NCBI GenBank assembly: GCA_950097015.1
Contig: CATNEN010000003.1
Span: forward strand, 5,952,001 to 6,016,000
Source of the DNA: Macrostomum hystrix
Lineage: Eukaryota; Animalia; Platyhelminthes
DNA: 64,000 bases
Reading direction: 5' to 3'
The notes under the pieces were generated by a model. That model was not told where the DNA came from, did no database searches, and was given only the letters and a program-made list of their open reading frames with translations. Positions within the stretch are counted from its first letter, which is position 1. Each line of letters starts with the position of its first letter. Position numbers and translations under genes: made by a program. This document shows, in pieces, positions 62,684 through 64,000 of the stretch.

Positions 62684-63124
62684 TAGGCAATAATTATCTA
62701 TAATTCTATAATTATCTGTTTGATTAAATATGTGCAATACAGGTAGTGACCATTGAAACAGGGAAGCATTTAGAAATAACAGTGGGACCTAATAGCTGCA
62801 GTCAGCCATTCTGTCGCCAAAAACAGAGAAAGCAAAGTTTGTTTTTTCTGCAGGAAAGTAGTTGCTTAGCCATTTGTACTGCTACAGATGATTGACAACT
62901 CTCATTGTGGGGGAGGGGAGGGGTTAGACACAAAGTCTACCCTCGGCAGTTTTTGTATCGCTAACTTTAGTCTTCAGTTTATGATTCGCGCTTTAAGGAT
63001 TTTTTTCATTGTTGTACTTCTCACTAATGAGGTATTGAGAATTCCTCGCTAATATTGTAGGGGACACAGAAGTTCAGAGTGGGAATTTGTTGAGAATTTG
63101 TACTGTACGATTACTCAGATTAGC

Positions 63125-63880
63125 ATAGGAAGAGGAGGGAGGAAGGGGAGAGAGGAAGGGAGAGAGGAAGAAGAGGGAGGAAGGGGAGATAGGAAGAGGA
63201 GGGAGGAAGAGGAGAGAAGAAAGGGAGAGAGGAAGGGGAGAGAGGAAGGGGAGAGAGGAAAGGGAGAGAGGAAAGGGAGAGAGGAAGGAGAGAGGAAGGA
63301 GAGAGGAAAGGGAGAGAGGAAAGTGAGAGAAGAAAGGGGAGAGGAAATTGAGAAAGGATTGAGAGAAAAAGGGAGAGAGGAAAGGGAGAGAGGAAAGGGA
63401 GAGAGGAAGGAGAGAGGAAGGAGAGAGGAAAGGGAGAGAGGAAAGGGAGAGAGGAAGGAGAGAGGATTGAGAGAGGAAAGGGAGAGAGGAAGGAGAGAGG
63501 ATTGAGAGAGGAAAGGGAGAGAGGAAGAAGAGAGGATTGAGAGAGGAAAGGGAGAGAGGAAGGAGAGAGGATTGAGAGAGGAAAGGGAGAGAGGAAGGAG
63601 AGAGGAAGGAGAGAGGAAAGGGAGAGAGGAAAGGGAGAGAGGAAAGGGAGAGAGGAAGGAGAGAGGAAGGAGAGAGGAAAGGGAGAGAGGAAAGGGAGAG
63701 AGGAAGGAGAGAGGATTGAGAGAGGAAAGGGAGAGAGGAAGGAGAGAGGAAGGAGAGAGGAAAGGGAGAGAGGAAAGGGAGAGAGGAAAGGGAGAGAGGA
63801 AGGAGAGAGGAAGGAGAGAGGAACGGGAGAGAGGAAGGAGAGAGGATGGGGAGGGAGGAAGGGGAGAGAGGAAAGCGGAA
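63125..63880. repeat. Polypurine tandem repeat (GGAGAGAGGAAAG)n in a CDKL intron
   Basis: Direct observation. Confidence 0.93.
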
Positions 63881-64000
63881 AGCAATTGGGACGACACTGA
63901 AGAGCATATAATATATTAGAGTTGGTGAGGAAGCGAGAAGGAAATGTGGAAGACAGTTTGAAAACTAATTTATCGATCGGAAGGAAAGGTAGGCTGCCAA

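Overview
Eukaryotic (animal) genomic DNA with GT-AG introns, standard code, CAG-rich coding sequence and many intronic minisatellites. The style suggests a free-living flatworm such as Macrostomum, but that is inference only. Genes reconstructed by hand, left to right: a solo LTR; a sensory-channel cluster (two intronless DEG/ENaC genes, one internally deleted DEG/ENaC pseudogene, one divergent ankyrin-TRP channel); an uncharacterised 2-exon gene; tandem ATF3-like and Fos-like bZIP genes; an intronless RING/B-box/coiled-coil (TRIM-like) gene; a 9-exon ACADVL; an 8-exon CIROP/leishmanolysin-like membrane protein lacking its zinc ligands; a PAN + C-type lectin gene interrupted by a SINE; and the 5' part of a CDKL kinase with four RFX X-boxes. 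Two tRNA-derived SINE families and about 20 tandem-repeat arrays explain most of the short ORFs in the track. Best leads: (1) a SINE insertion whose 13-bp target-site duplication contains AG|GT, so it could be spliced out exactly as a new intron; (2) a catalytically dead CIROP-like protein with a SEA-like module and TM anchor; (3) a structured SINE RNA with a compensatory base change; (4) a dispersed 16-bp minisatellite family that is always purine-rich on the inferred sense strand.
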